Shown here: positions 37,405-50,336 of the stretch, piece by piece | How the letters are laid out: each line of letters begins with the position of its first letter | Numbering within the stretch: position 1 is the stretch's first letter | NCBI GenBank assembly: GCA_965285935.1 | Contig: OZ260664.1 | Location: forward strand, 56,792,001 to 56,856,000 | From: Ophelia neglecta | Lineage: Eukaryota | Length of the DNA stretch: 64,000 nt | Reading direction: 5' to 3' | Translations under genes and position numbers: made by a program | Notes under the pieces: generated by a model | The model's input: only the letters and a program-made list of their open reading frames with translations | Told to the model about the DNA's origin: nothing | The model's database searches: none

Positions 37405-40400
37405 ATGGCTGACCAGCTTGGTTGGCCCTTCTCCTCCGACTCTTTACAAGATATTGGGACAAGTTTATCAACTACTAATGATTTGGATAATGTGTCATTC
37501 AACGATTTAGATGGTAAGTTATTTATTGACAAATTTATTGACATTCAATACAAATCACACTAGTTTACACACCGCAATAAAATAACGACAAGTTTACCAA
37601 AGCACTGCAGTACATGCTGTACTCATGTACTCAGTGGTGCTCAAGGCTGTCTCCTTGTACTATCACTATATTGTAATTTTACGCCGAGGCAGCTTTCGCC
37701 ACATTTTCTTTTTACACTCATCCTCCATAGATCTCCCATATATGTGGTGTTTATAACCTGCCCTAAGTGTGCTGGTCACGGTCAGTTTATACTTTATACT
37801 ATTATTATTAAATTCAGGCAGGTCGAGTTAATATGCGCCATCGATCTCCATGATTCGCACATTATGATTATTGTTGTCATTGAAGCCTCCCAAACTCTTA
37901 AGTAAATGTAGATCTAGTGCAAAATAATACCTTGTCCTTTACTACACAGTAACCACAATAACCTGCTTATCGAAACGGTTTATATATAACAATGCAAAAG
38001 CCCCCCACCAATATTAAAAAAGGATAGTTAACCTGTATGTCGTAAGGTCGGCAACTACAAAAAAGTATTCTTGTCTATTTTTAACGTTAACAAGACAGGA
38101 GAGCAGAAAGTATTCTTGCCTATTTTTAACATAAGCCAGAACAGCAGTCTGGCTAAATATAACACAATATTTCATATACTGATCTAAATTTTGCAGCCAC
38201 TCTCAAACAATTACAGATGAGTAATGATTTTAGTTAAACTGAGCCCCCCCCCCTCCCCCTCTTTAACTTTTTTAATCCTTAAACACTTAAGATAGCCTGA
38301 AATGGCTTGCAGAAAAACGGTTACAATTTTTTTGCTGCCCTATTGTAAGTCCCCCGCCCCAATTTTACCTAGCCCAAAAAGTAATTGCTTTCATGTAGCC
38401 CCAGGGGGGGGGGGGGGGGGGCATTACATGATAACAAGTGCATTATATGATAAGAAAACTAATGTATTTTTGGGTTTCTTGCAGATATTGTTAAATACAT
38501 CAATCAAGATGCATCACTTGGGGGTGACCTTTCTGGCGATCTGTTTGGAGGACAGCTGAATCTGAACAGCATAAAGCAAGAAAACGAAGTTGTCACTACC
38601 CAAGATGAAGAACTGCCGGTGGATAATTTGGACTTGTTTTCATTCGCTAATAACCAAAATGGTACCAATACACCCAACACAACAAAGACTAGTACAAGCA
38701 GTACACCTTTACTGTCGCAGGCCATTGCGGCTCCTAATTCCCCCTTGAGCTCCCATGAATCACAGGCTCTTCTACAACAACAAGCACTACAAACACGCAT
38801 TGCAGCCACCAAGGCAAAGTCTGAGCCTGCCACCCAACAGACTCGCAGTGTTGTCACAACTCAAACAAGACAGTTCACTTTACATTCTCAGCTTGCACAG
38901 CACTTGACTGCTCCGCTTTCTCCTGTGCAGCAACAGTCACCCCCTCCACAGGTGGTGCCTCAGCAGCTAGCCACTGCCCAAATCTTGCAGCCTGCTCCAG
39001 TGGCATCCCCAGTGCAAATACAGATCAGCAATCAGCCAACATCAGTTGCGGCTCCGCCTAAAACACAGAAAATCATTGTGCAGCAAGTCCAACAGGCTGT
39101 GCCAACAGTACAAAGTTTTCAAGGTCAGCCACACCAGATAATTATACAGAATGCCCCCCAGCCTGCCTATAATACTCTGACCATACCTCAGATTCAGCAG
39201 GTAAGCTCTCCCTTGTAAAAATGTTTTAAATTGTGTTTACAACTGTTTAAATCTGTAGTTAAAGTTGTGTCTGTCAAATGGGGTTATACCTGTAAACGAG
39301 GGGCAAAAATTGTCTTAAAAGAAGTCTTAAAACAACAGTTCATGGTTGGGAGGGTAAATTCTATGGTTGGTCGGGAAACTGGAAACTAACCGTTTTTTTT
39401 TTTTACAAATAAACGAAAATGATGAATAAAGGGTTTATTCTTGCAGTTAGAGCCTAGAAGTATATTAAATACCGGGTATTTGTTCAATTCTTTTCAGTTG
39501 ATCCTACAGTCTCAATTGAAAACAGAGCCAGGAACAAACATTGTTACCATCACGACGACTCCTGCAACAAGTGTTGCTCAGACTACCACAACACCTATTT
39601 TGCAAAATGCAGTTGTGTCCACTGCCAATAGTACAGTCACCACAGGTATACCTGTTCAGATGATGGATACAAGTGAAAAAGTTCCCATTAATAGGATCAC
39701 TAGCAAACAGAGTCCCGGAACACCACCTAGGGGCGAGAAGAGAACAGCCCACAATGCAATTGAGAAGAGGTACCGACTGAGCATCAATGATAAAATACTT
39801 GAATTACAAGACTTGGTTGTGGGCCCAGAGGCAAAGGTTTGTAAAATTTTACCATTAAATGTAGATAGACTACAACACAGTGTATAAAGTTCCCAATTAA
39901 TCTTCATGGAAGTCATTTTTGCTTTCAGACATCTAAGACTTTTATCTATCCAATTCCAATCAGAGGTGGGCCTAAAAGTGTCGCTGTTCATGTAATTCAA
40001 TTTGATTTTCAGCTAAACAAGTCTGCCATTCTAAGGAAGGCCATTGATTACATTAGATATCTCCAAACAACCAATTCTCGACTGAAGCAGGAAAACACTG
40101 CCCTTAAATTGGCTGCTGCTGGGAGCACGGATGTGAAGAGCCTTCTTGCTGCAGTGAATCGTGAGCGAGAGAGAGTTACCTCTGAATCTAACTCCTTGCC
40201 TGACCTAGCGACTCCCCCGGACAGTGATCAAGGTAGCCCAGGTGCTCCTACTTCACCATCGTCCGGAGTCGAGAGCTATGGCTCAAATCCAGGCAGTCCA
40301 TCCAGTGTAGACGATATGAGCAGTAATGAGAATTCTTTGAAGCTGGATGGCTTTGGAGGCATGCTGGACAGGTCTCGCATGGCACTGTGTGTCTTCATGT

Positions 40401-43400
40401 TCGGCATCATGTTCTTCAATCCATTCAGCTCTCTGTTCACTGGTGGCAAATTTGGTGGTCATAATGTAGACTTTAACAAAGCCCATCAAGGAGGCAGGAT
40501 GCTGCAAGATGTTGGGGATATGTCTGGTAAATGAAAAACTTGTTGATATCATTATATTGAATAGTTCTAATAAATGCGCGTAAGATAATGAAAATATTGT
40601 CAACCTATGGTCTCAATTGCAGACTCTCATATGTTTACATTTATAGATTGTGATGTGCCTAAATTATTTGATTAATGACAATTATTTCTTTCCATACTTA
40701 TTATTTTATTGACTTTGGAACTGTTTTGGAAAATTATGATTCTGAGCTACAACATTTAAGAATCATTTTGCCAAAAAGTAAATGCTTCTACAGAGGCTGG
40801 TAGAGCCTGGTTGACCTACTTTTTTTTTACCTCCGCTGTTTTTCCACAGGGACCCAAATTGGTTGGTGGGATTGGATGATGCCAACAATCTTGATGTGGT
40901 TGATTAATGGTATCATAGCAGCTGTAGTGATGGCCAAACTGTTTGTGTTTGGAGAACCAGTCACCAAGTCTCACTCAGAACAGTCAGTCAGTTACTGGAG
41001 GTTCCGGAAACAAGCCGATGTGGAAATGTCCAGGGTAAGCACACATGAAATCATGTAGTCTGTTAAACCATTTAAATTTTGTGGGGGCTATTAAAAGAAA
41101 ATTAAGTGTGTATTTGTGGGTGGGGGGGGGGGGAATGTAATTGGAAAATATATAACAGACTTAAAAAGGGCGTGTGTGTGTGGGGGGGCAATTACCCCCC
41201 CCCCCAGCTCCAGCCCCCGACATCTAAAAATGGAATAGCCCTTAAGATATTTAGTATATCTATTGATTACATTTCTATCAAGCCGATTCATCTTCGCTTA
41301 TTGTTTCTTTCTTTCTTTTCACAATAGTTTTTTTGTGTCTATAGGGTGACTTCCCCAAGGCAGAGATGCACCTTCGAAGCTGTCTAAGAGCAGTAGGCCG
41401 CCCGCTACCAACATCAAAGTTTGATCTGACTGCCAGCCTGTTCTGGCAAATGTTGCGCCAGATTCTTCATCGTGTGTACATTGGACGTTGGTTGGCCAAC
41501 AAAGCTGGCAGCTTTGGGAATGGTGTGAGCAAAGACGATGTGAAGACATCGGCAAGGGATGCTGCTGTTGTCTACCACCAGTTACACCAGCTGCATCTGA
41601 CCGGGCATACCAACAATGGTGTGGCCAATGGACTGAACCTGGCCTTGTGCGCTGTCAATCTAGCAGAGGCTGCTGGTGATGCCATGCCAACTACAAAGTT
41701 GATGCAGATCTTCAGCACCACTGCTATCAACATCAAACTTGACTTTCCCTCTGTGCAGATCTTAGCAGTAAGCTCATTACAATTCACTTACACATGCCCC
41801 CGGCTATTAGAATATATTCTGTCAGGCAGTGTGCACTTTAAGAAGTCAAAACAAGGTCATCTTGAAGGTAAAATTAGTGTTAGCGTTTTTGGAACACAGT
41901 AAGGGTTATTTTTATTTAAACTGTCCCTCTACAGTGCAAGAATTCTCTTCATTTCAGCGTTACTTTCTCAGCCGCACACGTCGAGTAAGCGCTAATGATG
42001 CCGTTATCCCGCCGTCGTTAAAATGGCTCTGTCATCCCCTTGGGCACCGATTTTTCGTTGACGGCAATTGGACATGTGAGGGGGCTACTTCTATTTACAG
42101 CAGCCGTGGCAATGATGCTGATCCACTATCACATGTGACCCAGGCATTCAGAGAGTTTATTTTGGAAAAAGCCCTTTATTCGTTAGTTACCCCAGGCTAT
42201 CAAAACAACAACATAATTGGACCTAATAAGGGAAGTGACGGGTAAGGGCAGAATCTTTGCAATTCACATTTCATTCAAGTAGTAAAGATAATTGTAGTAA
42301 AATTGTGTCTCCTGTTGAATATTACACATTTGAGGTCAGTTCCATCTATATTTTGATTTTGCATATCAATGTGCAGTTATTATGCATTGTTACATTGATA
42401 TTGCAGAGCTCCCCACTCGGCTGACGCGTTACAGTATGTGCAGCTTTTGTCTGAATGCTCAAAGGCTGCAAGTGTTTCCAATGGCACAGCCTTTGCCATA
42501 GGGTGTGATCTCACAACCAGTGTAGACGAGGTGTCTAGGTGGTGGGCTGCTGCAGTTGGAATTGCCACCTATTGGCTTACTGGAGATGACAGTGCTGCTG
42601 AAAGGCTTTATACTATCATGGATTCCTTTCCAAAACAGCTTCAAAACTCTAATAATCCCCAGCCTAGAAGTTTATATCTCGCCTATAAGGCCAGGAAAGG
42701 GCTTTTGAATGACACAAATAATTCTTGCAACTACAACTGCATGAAACAGTGTGATAGAGCAGGAGAGCTGCTCAGGGAAAGCCTCATTCTTTCATCAGAA
42801 AAACATCATCATGGAATGATTGAGGTGAGTAAAGAGCATTACTCTTGGGCATTTTGTATATTTGTGGGACTTGTAAAGTGTACAGAACACATGTGGCAGC
42901 TTAGCTGGACAAAAGCGAATATTCCCAGCTACAGTGGTGCATTGTAGTTGCATTGCATTTTTAAAGCTGTGCAGTGCTTCTGCAGTGCAACCCCTGTGGT
43001 GGGTTCACACATCAAAGACCCCATATCACTCTGAATTGAAACAAAACTGATAGAATAATTAAAGATGTTCACATCAGTACCTGTTTATTAATGTAAGAGT
43101 GTGAAGTATGTATATTTTTAAGTGTTTTATGTGTATGATTATAGGCAGTCCAGTTATTGGTATGTGACTGGTTGTTGAGCACCCGTACAGAGGTGTGGCA
43201 GAGGGACCAGGGAGAGGCAGAAATCTCCTCAACAAACATGACGCAGGAAGAGCTACAATCCTTCCAGAAAGACCTGGGTAGTTTGAGAAAGCTTTCTCAA
43301 CAGCTCAAGGCTGCTTTGCCAAGGGTGAGTAATGCTTGATATTATGATGCTTCCCTTACCCATTTGACGGCCTGAAGTGAAAATAGTGGGGGGGGAAGCA

Positions 43401-44045
43401 TCATTTAGAAATTTGGTTTAAAATCCCCCCCCCCACCCCCCATTACATCTTTTAATGTAATGGCCCTTATCACAAACGTGGAAAAGTAGAATATCCTGTT
43501 GGTGTAACTAGTATGCTGCAAATTTTGTTTTCCAAATTTTAATATCCGAGTTCATTATTAATTTTACTGTCTGCAGGTTTTTCTCCATGAGGCCACAGCT
43601 CGTCTCATGGCTGGTGCCAGCCCAGCAAAAACACAGCAGCTTCTGGACCGGAGCCTCCGGAAGAAAAATGGACATTGTGACAGAGGTACTGTAATAAAGT
43701 CCTGCGTTATGTTTAAAGAACATTCTCGCTCCTTTGTAAAGTTGTATTTGGACAACGTTTTTCCATGCATTAAATCTTGAAACAAATTTTGACTTTTGCC
43801 ATACAGATGGTGATGACTGCCTGGAGGGTGAAGTGGGTGAAAGAGAACATGCAACAGCCCTAGTTATGGCGTGTCGTCATCTTCCCAGTCAGATTTCCAC
43901 TCCAGGTCAACGTGCCACCATGCTAGCAGAAGCTGCTAAAACATATGAAAAGATAGGGGATAGGAAAGCGCTACAAGACTGTCGGAACATGATGATGAAG
44001 TTTGGTAGTGGCATTGCCAACAACCCTCTACCTGTGCGGTGTTAA
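37405..44045 (+). CDS. SREBF: Sterol regulatory element-binding protein (SREBP), about 1171 aa, 11 exons
   Basis: Exons 37405-37513, 38485-39200, 39498-39836, 40013-40526, 40850-41034, 41345-41767, 41958-42241, 42407-42824, 43145-43324, 43577-43685, 43807-44045 (3516 nt, in frame). Acidic N-terminus and Q/T-rich region. The bHLH-Zip has the SREBP-specific Tyr ([21 protein letters not shown]). DRSR precedes TM1, which contains NP (S2P). Luminal RMLQ is an S1P-type site. TM2 and the regulatory C-terminus follow ([25 protein letters not shown]). Confidence 0.97.
42928..43000 (+). ncRNA. mir-33: miR-33 precursor in SREBP intron 8 (mature 5p 42937-42957)
   Basis: GTGCATTGTAGTTGCATTGCA matches the known mature miR-33 sequence. 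The complementary arm TGCAGTGCTTCTGCAGTGCAA lies at 42970-42990, with basal stem GCTACAG/CTGTGGT. It sits in the sense orientation inside the host intron 42825-43144. Confidence 0.97.
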
Positions 44046-45545
44046 GTACACCACAAAGTAACATTATGTGTTATCTAGTGACATTTGCCATGGATTTGGT
44101 ATTAATTTATTAGTAGATATGCTCTACTGCTTTGAAAATATAAAAATACAATTGTTTAAATATATTGTGCGACAAATCACTATAACAATATTAATCCTTG
44201 TTGTCAGTGCTCTTTAAGAAAGTTATTTACAGAGTGTTTTGCTGAAAGTCCATCCATTTTTTTTCCATTAGGATAGTTTGGATAGAAGAAACTACCAAAA
44301 CAGACAATAAGTTTTAGTTTTGTATTAATATCACCTATCAATAATGTCATATGAAATGTGTATCTGCTTTTATTTAACCCAGACCATCAATGTATTAAAT
44401 GTAAATAAAAACTGTATGTGATACTTTATTGTAGTTGTGGTTTTAAGAAAAGACCTAGAATATGGAAAACTAGATGGGGTAAAAAAATTTATTTATAGGC
44501 AGAGGTTCCTTATAAATCTAGATTGGGCTTCTTCCAGTTTTAATGGAAAAGCAACCATATAGTATAAACTGCTATTGGAATAAAACCAAATTCCTATTCT
44601 GTTCTAGATGATCTAATAAACTGGTTAGGAGTTTTTTTGTGAATATTAAAAAAAAAACTTCAACCAAGTCTACTGTAGTCAAAAATGGTTGCTTGAAATT
44701 AATTTTTCTGTTTTTCATGTGCAATTGAATTCAGGTATTGTGTTCTCTATCCTGTTCTAATAGTTCTTTTAAATTTTTGAAATAAAATTCCCATGAACAA
44801 CATTTCTGACTGTACAATAATAATTTGACCTACAAACTACCTAGTCCAGTTGGCAGCTTCCTGATCTAGAACAAACAAATTCTTTTTGTGAGACGAATTA
44901 TTAGTAACTAAGAAGCCTAAAATAGGTGACGGCTTGCTTGAAAGTATGAAATTGTTTGGTGAGAACTTTGTTTTTTTAAATAGTCAACACAACTTTGGCA
45001 ATAGTCAAAACCACTGCGGCCTTTTATATTTCAAACACTGTAAATGTTTTCCACAAGAGAGTACAGCATCACATCTGCTGGGTTAACCTTGACAGCTAGT
45101 AAGCATTCATTCATTTGGAAAACCTATTGATTGAATTATTGAGAGGTATGATGATAATTGGTTAACATGGCAGCTAAAGATGTAGGAGATGTCCACCAAA
45201 TAGCATTAAGCCATCGAAGAAGTCAATTAATGATATAAAACAATTTTTTTTCTCCATGTTCTATTGAAGAGCATTGACAAAGGTTAATCTTATGCAGCAG
45301 AAAATGTTCGTGCCCTTTAATTTCGCAAAAGTAAAGTGTACTCGGAAATTGTATGTTTAACAGTATTGCTAAATCGTCCACCCATTTATTGTGTGTATTC
45401 TGCCATATAGTCATAAGCATACCAACAAAACCAATCAAAGTTGTTCAGTTTTATCAAAATGACCTTGTAATAAAAGGTTATGTGCTAAATTAAGTATACC
45501 ATGTATGCCCTTGCATAGGAATTCTTGTGAGTAGTAGATCTACAT

Positions 45546-45742
45546 GGATATATACCATTTGCTCTCCTCCAGAGAGGTCCCTAAATAGAGAAGTTTCAGA
45601 GAGCTTTAATTTATCACTCAAAAAATGTGGTCTCCCTTACATTCTCTCATCATTATCAGACAATCAGAATACATAGAATACATTCATTTTCGCCGCTCCC
45701 AGAATTTGACATCACTCCCTGGAGAGCAATTGGAATATACCC
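45546..45742. mobile_element. MITE with about 22-bp terminal inverted repeats
   Basis: GGATATATACCATTTGCTCTCC ... GGAGAGCAATTGGAATATACCC form imperfect inverted repeats around about 150 bp of non-coding interior. Confidence 0.55.
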
Positions 45743-47522
45743 ATTAAGTTTGACATACCTATATTGCACCATTTAAAACACCCTAGTTAGGGCATGGACA
45801 TTTTAGTTTTCTCTATACTAGTGTTATTTGCAGCCAGTAGATCTAATTACCATAATAATTTAAGGTTCAACCAACCTATTTAAGAAGTAAGAGTGCTTAT
45901 GAAACTACAGTAATTTTTTGTTGCCATTGACATTGCAATTAAGTGTTTTCAGATTACTCTAATCGTAAAATGTGTGCAAGGTTTAAATTCTTGTTTTTCC
46001 AAAAGAGACACTTTTAGAGTATTGAGACAAAAGGTAGGTAGGCCCGACATATACATGTAATTGAACATACTATATTCATGGGTTTTTAATTTCACCACCG
46101 AGCCCTTTTTCATAAAATGCCCAAATTTAAACCCACATGAAGATTTTGACCATTACAGTATCTGAATTTTCAATCAGTTCAAGGCATATGTATAGGAGCT
46201 TCAAGCCTGTAAATTTTGGCTCTGTACCTATAATGCATATTTCTGTACAGTGTATTGTGCTAACCAGCACTGTCAATAAAATGATGTAAATCCAGTATTA
46301 GTTATAGTAAGTTTGTATAAGTTGACCCAAAAATTTCCTAGTCCCAAACACATTGTTCATGATTTTGAGTTCTGCTGTGTTGTTCCATTGATTTTCTTCT
46401 CTGGCTCTGAACCTTACAGTGGACAAGTACACTAACAGTTTTATTAGGTAGGGTTTAAAAATTTCTAAACCCCTTGCTATTATTGATAATTGGTAAAACA
46501 AGTGCATAAGGCAGGACAAGTGCACACCCCCAGTCCCACACACGTCTTAACAATAAGGGGTACAATCACAGAAGATTAAAATAACAAATTTTTATTTTCT
46601 TGTGTGCTTCCATGATTACAAAATAATAGACATATGATCTAGATCTAGACATTTCTTGAGAATTTTTTATCCAAGATTACTCTACAAAATGGGGCTTACG
46701 AGAAAAACAAAAAAAAGTTCTTGGTCCCTACTAAAAACAACTAACAGTTAAATACACATACTAGGCCTACCTCATGAACAGTTCATGCAAATAAAACTCT
46801 CTGCTTGTATATAACTAATATAATAGATCTAAATTGACATGGATATGGCTACTCTACACTCCATCCATTATTTAAAAAGAATCACTTTTAAAAATCAAAC
46901 ACAAGCACTCATATCAACTTAAATGCCTTTGTACTATACATAAGAGCTAGTTTTTTTCTTGAGTTTGTTTACTTTTTGTTTCTTTTTCTACAAGAATTCT
47001 AAATTTCAGTAGGTCTATATGTTGAAACATCATCTACTAATCCCAATAGTACCTGCAAATAGGATAACATTGTTGAGTCTATCTATAATAAAAACAAGGT
47101 TTAAATAAGGCATATATAATATATTGATTTCCTCTTCCTAACTAAGCTTTAAAAAAAACACAATATAATAACACAACTTGATTAAATACATGTTTAAATG
47201 ATGCTATGACTGTCAACACCTGAAACAATACACAAAAAATGGAATGGAGACTAGGAATGATTATAATATGTTTGAACAATATGGCATGCACTAGCAGTTC
47301 TATCTACCTCAAAGCAGCATCAGACTCTTCGACTTTTTTTTGGCAAACCTAGCACCACTACCACTACATGCTTCATTGTAGGATAAATGTTAGCATGTAA
47401 AACCAACTATTTTCCTAATATAATGAAAGCTTTGTGACTTCTTCAGAATATTTCTTGCTGGTAATGCCTATTACATATGCTCATAAGATGGTCATGAACA
47501 ATGTGTCACTTCTCCCAATTCC

Positions 47523-50336
47523 TCACAACTTGCAACATTCATAGAAGTTGGTCAGTCTCTTGGTTATTTCTTCACAAAGCACTTTCCACTCCTTGCCATG
47601 TTCTTCTTCATCGACCTTGTCCGGGTGGTAGTGCAAGATAGCACTGCAGAGAATCTTCTTAGTTGAGGCTTTGAATTCTGCAGGTAATTTGTGTGTTAAG
47701 TTCTTTGGAGGGTATGTTTTGTACACATACTTGAGCAGGTCAGTAGCATTATCTGTATTGTCATCCAACTCTTTTAGTTTGTCTTTAAGGATTTCTAAAG
47801 TAGCCGCTCTCGCTTCTTGTCTCCTTTTATCCTCCTCAACAAGTGATTCTTTCTGAAGTTCTGCTAGTCCAAGGGAACATTCCTTGTACCATTCTAATAA
47901 TGAAAATCACAATATAAATACATTTTATCAAATAACAGGAGGAAGAGCTATCGTAATCTGAGCTCAGTTCAGCAAAAACATAACCAATCATGAACTGTTT
48001 GCCCATGGATAACTACATATTGTTTATGAATAATGAGCTCAGCTTACTAGTTGAATCCTTGCATAAGATTTCCTACTAGACTACATGGTCACTGGTCATT
48101 AGACTTGATATGTCTGTTTTGCACCTGTATGCTAATAGAAAGCGCCAACAATTCAGTTTTCTTACTATGACCTTGAAATAGAGGTCAATGGCTAATTTAA
48201 GGTTACCAGCGGTGGAGTTCCGGAAGATTGGAGACTTCAGTTTTTGACTAAAGTCAGTTAATAGTAATGGGTTTGGCCCACATTCTTGTCTCAGACTTGA
48301 TTCTAAGACATGGACATGTGCAAAACTTTGTTATTTACTGACTTAAGTCAAAAACTTACTCCAACCTTCCAGAACTCCACCTCAGGAGATTGCCAGCCTA
48401 TGCCTAGGGTGCCAATACATTTGATGAGGCCTAACAATAAGTTAAGTAAGGCAGGCAGTGGAAATAATTGATGAAGTACAGTGGTCCTTGCGATATGGGG
48501 CCTCTCCGATGAAAGGCCACCTGCGATGGCAGGACAGTTTTGATTTCCCATGTCCTGTATTTCCCATGTTACAGTACCTCCGATAGAGGGCCACCTGCAA
48601 TGTAGGCCATTTTTTCTTTGGATTTAGGGGTGGCATTACCTCGTTGGTTTTTGAAGCATACATCTGCCACTGGCAGTAACATTTTACTTACCATCTGTAT
48701 AGAATGTTTTTGGGTGGAGTGATGCTGCCAGGTCAATGGCTTTAACATAATGTTGTTTTGAGATACTTTTGTACTTGAGGACCTGATGGTAGACTTTGCC
48801 TATACGGGCATATGCTATGGCTTCCAGCTCTATCTGAAAGGTTAAAGAAACTTTGCTATTGGCTTTTGCCATGAGAATAGTGGACATATGAGAATTTATC
48901 TAAATAAATATTTATCTTGAAATATTTCAATTATCATGATGTATACTTAGCAAACAATAGACATGCAAACATTTCTTACATCCTTCTCATTGCACAGAAT
49001 ACGTGCATTCCTGTAGACATCAATCACATCCCATATCAAAGGCATTGGCAAGGTTTCATAGTTACTTAATGCTGACTCCAACATCTGATCACCTGAAAGC
49101 AAAGAATAACTAAGTATTTCAAGGTTCCAAAAAAGGACCATTAGAAGCATAGACACTCCCTTTAAAATAAATTGGAGTCATTTGACTACAACTGATTTAT
49201 GTCCCCATCATGGTCTGCATAAATCCACCATGACTGAATTTACCAGTATCATTATGTGCTGCACCATGCAGGTGTCCTGTGTTACCATGCATGCCATGCC
49301 ATGTTTACTACACAGTTTTGCCCAGCCCTGCACCAGAATTGGAATGGCCCTGATCTTGCATTTTAATTTTGACCCAAGACCAAGAACCCCAAACAATTAA
49401 CCCCAATTACACTCTTGAGTGCAAATTCAAAACATTTAAGAAATGTTTTATTTAGCAAAGAAAAATTCAAATTTACCAAGCTGTTTAAAAATTCGAGAGT
49501 TGTGCACCCTTAAAAATTGAACGAGGATAGTAAATAAAAATTTTCCTTAAATAAGACTCGGTATGTCAGACCTCCTCTCAAGAAGGAACAGCCTGGGCTA
49601 ATTACTAGTGACATTATATTTATGCAACTTTTAAATTACCCATTGTTCTAGCTTGAATTGACTCTGCCACACATGTCTGCAAAAACACATCTTCTTCTAG
49701 GATTCTCCCTTCTGATAACAAATGTTCATCCTGGCTGAGTCTCCCATATAGTTTTGATTCTTCCAATGGTCTGTGACAGTCTCGGAGATTCGACAATGCC
49801 TTTCTGTAGTCTCCTTTGTCAAGGGCTAGTACAGACTCCTTGAAGTAGGTTGTGGCTATTTCTATAAGACACTCTCCCCGGTGTTGCTCTGTTTGTAAAA
49901 CATCCATGATCCTTTGAAGAATGTTTACTCGATCCTGACCCTGCATCTCATTTCGGGCATACTCATATACTGCTTGGATGCAGTCATACAGTTTCACTTG
50001 CATATCAGTCAGCCAATCAGTACACTTCACCGAGGATCCCTTAGTGATGGATTTATTTAAATATCTTATGCATTCACGATAGTAGTGAAGCACCAGTTTG
50101 GCACGAACCTTTGTGGTTTGCCTCTCTCTGTAGTAAGAAGCCATTTTCATGGCCACAACTCCATAATTCTTCATAGCAGATGCTGCCTCCTCAGCATTCA
50201 GGGCTGAATGTATAGCATTGTGATACTTGCCCATAGCACTATTCATCCGAGTCTCCCACACAATGGGTGCCAGGTCATCTGTTGCTGAAAGCAAGCACTC
50301 ATTTCCCTCAAGTCTTAACTGTTTCGAGAGTGACAT
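47523..50336 (-). CDS. Uncharacterised helical/TPR-like protein with a C-terminal J-domain-like HPD motif, about 440 aa, 4 coding exons
   Basis: Exons (minus) 50336-49640, 49092-48980, 48833-48692, 47893-47523 (1323 nt, in frame, GT-AG). TPR-like helices (LRLEGNE, ALDKGDYRKAL, EAIAYARIGKVY) and C-terminal ILHYHPDKVD...LCEEITKRL. An acceptor at 50361 implies an upstream non-coding exon; candidate donors are at 52717 or 52920. Confidence 0.85.
48477..48650. mobile_element. MITE, same family as 31448-31629 (intronic copy)
   Basis: Starts TA-CAGTGGTCC and contains the internal repeat GGCCACCTGC(G/A)ATG twice. The right end is degenerate. Confidence 0.55.
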
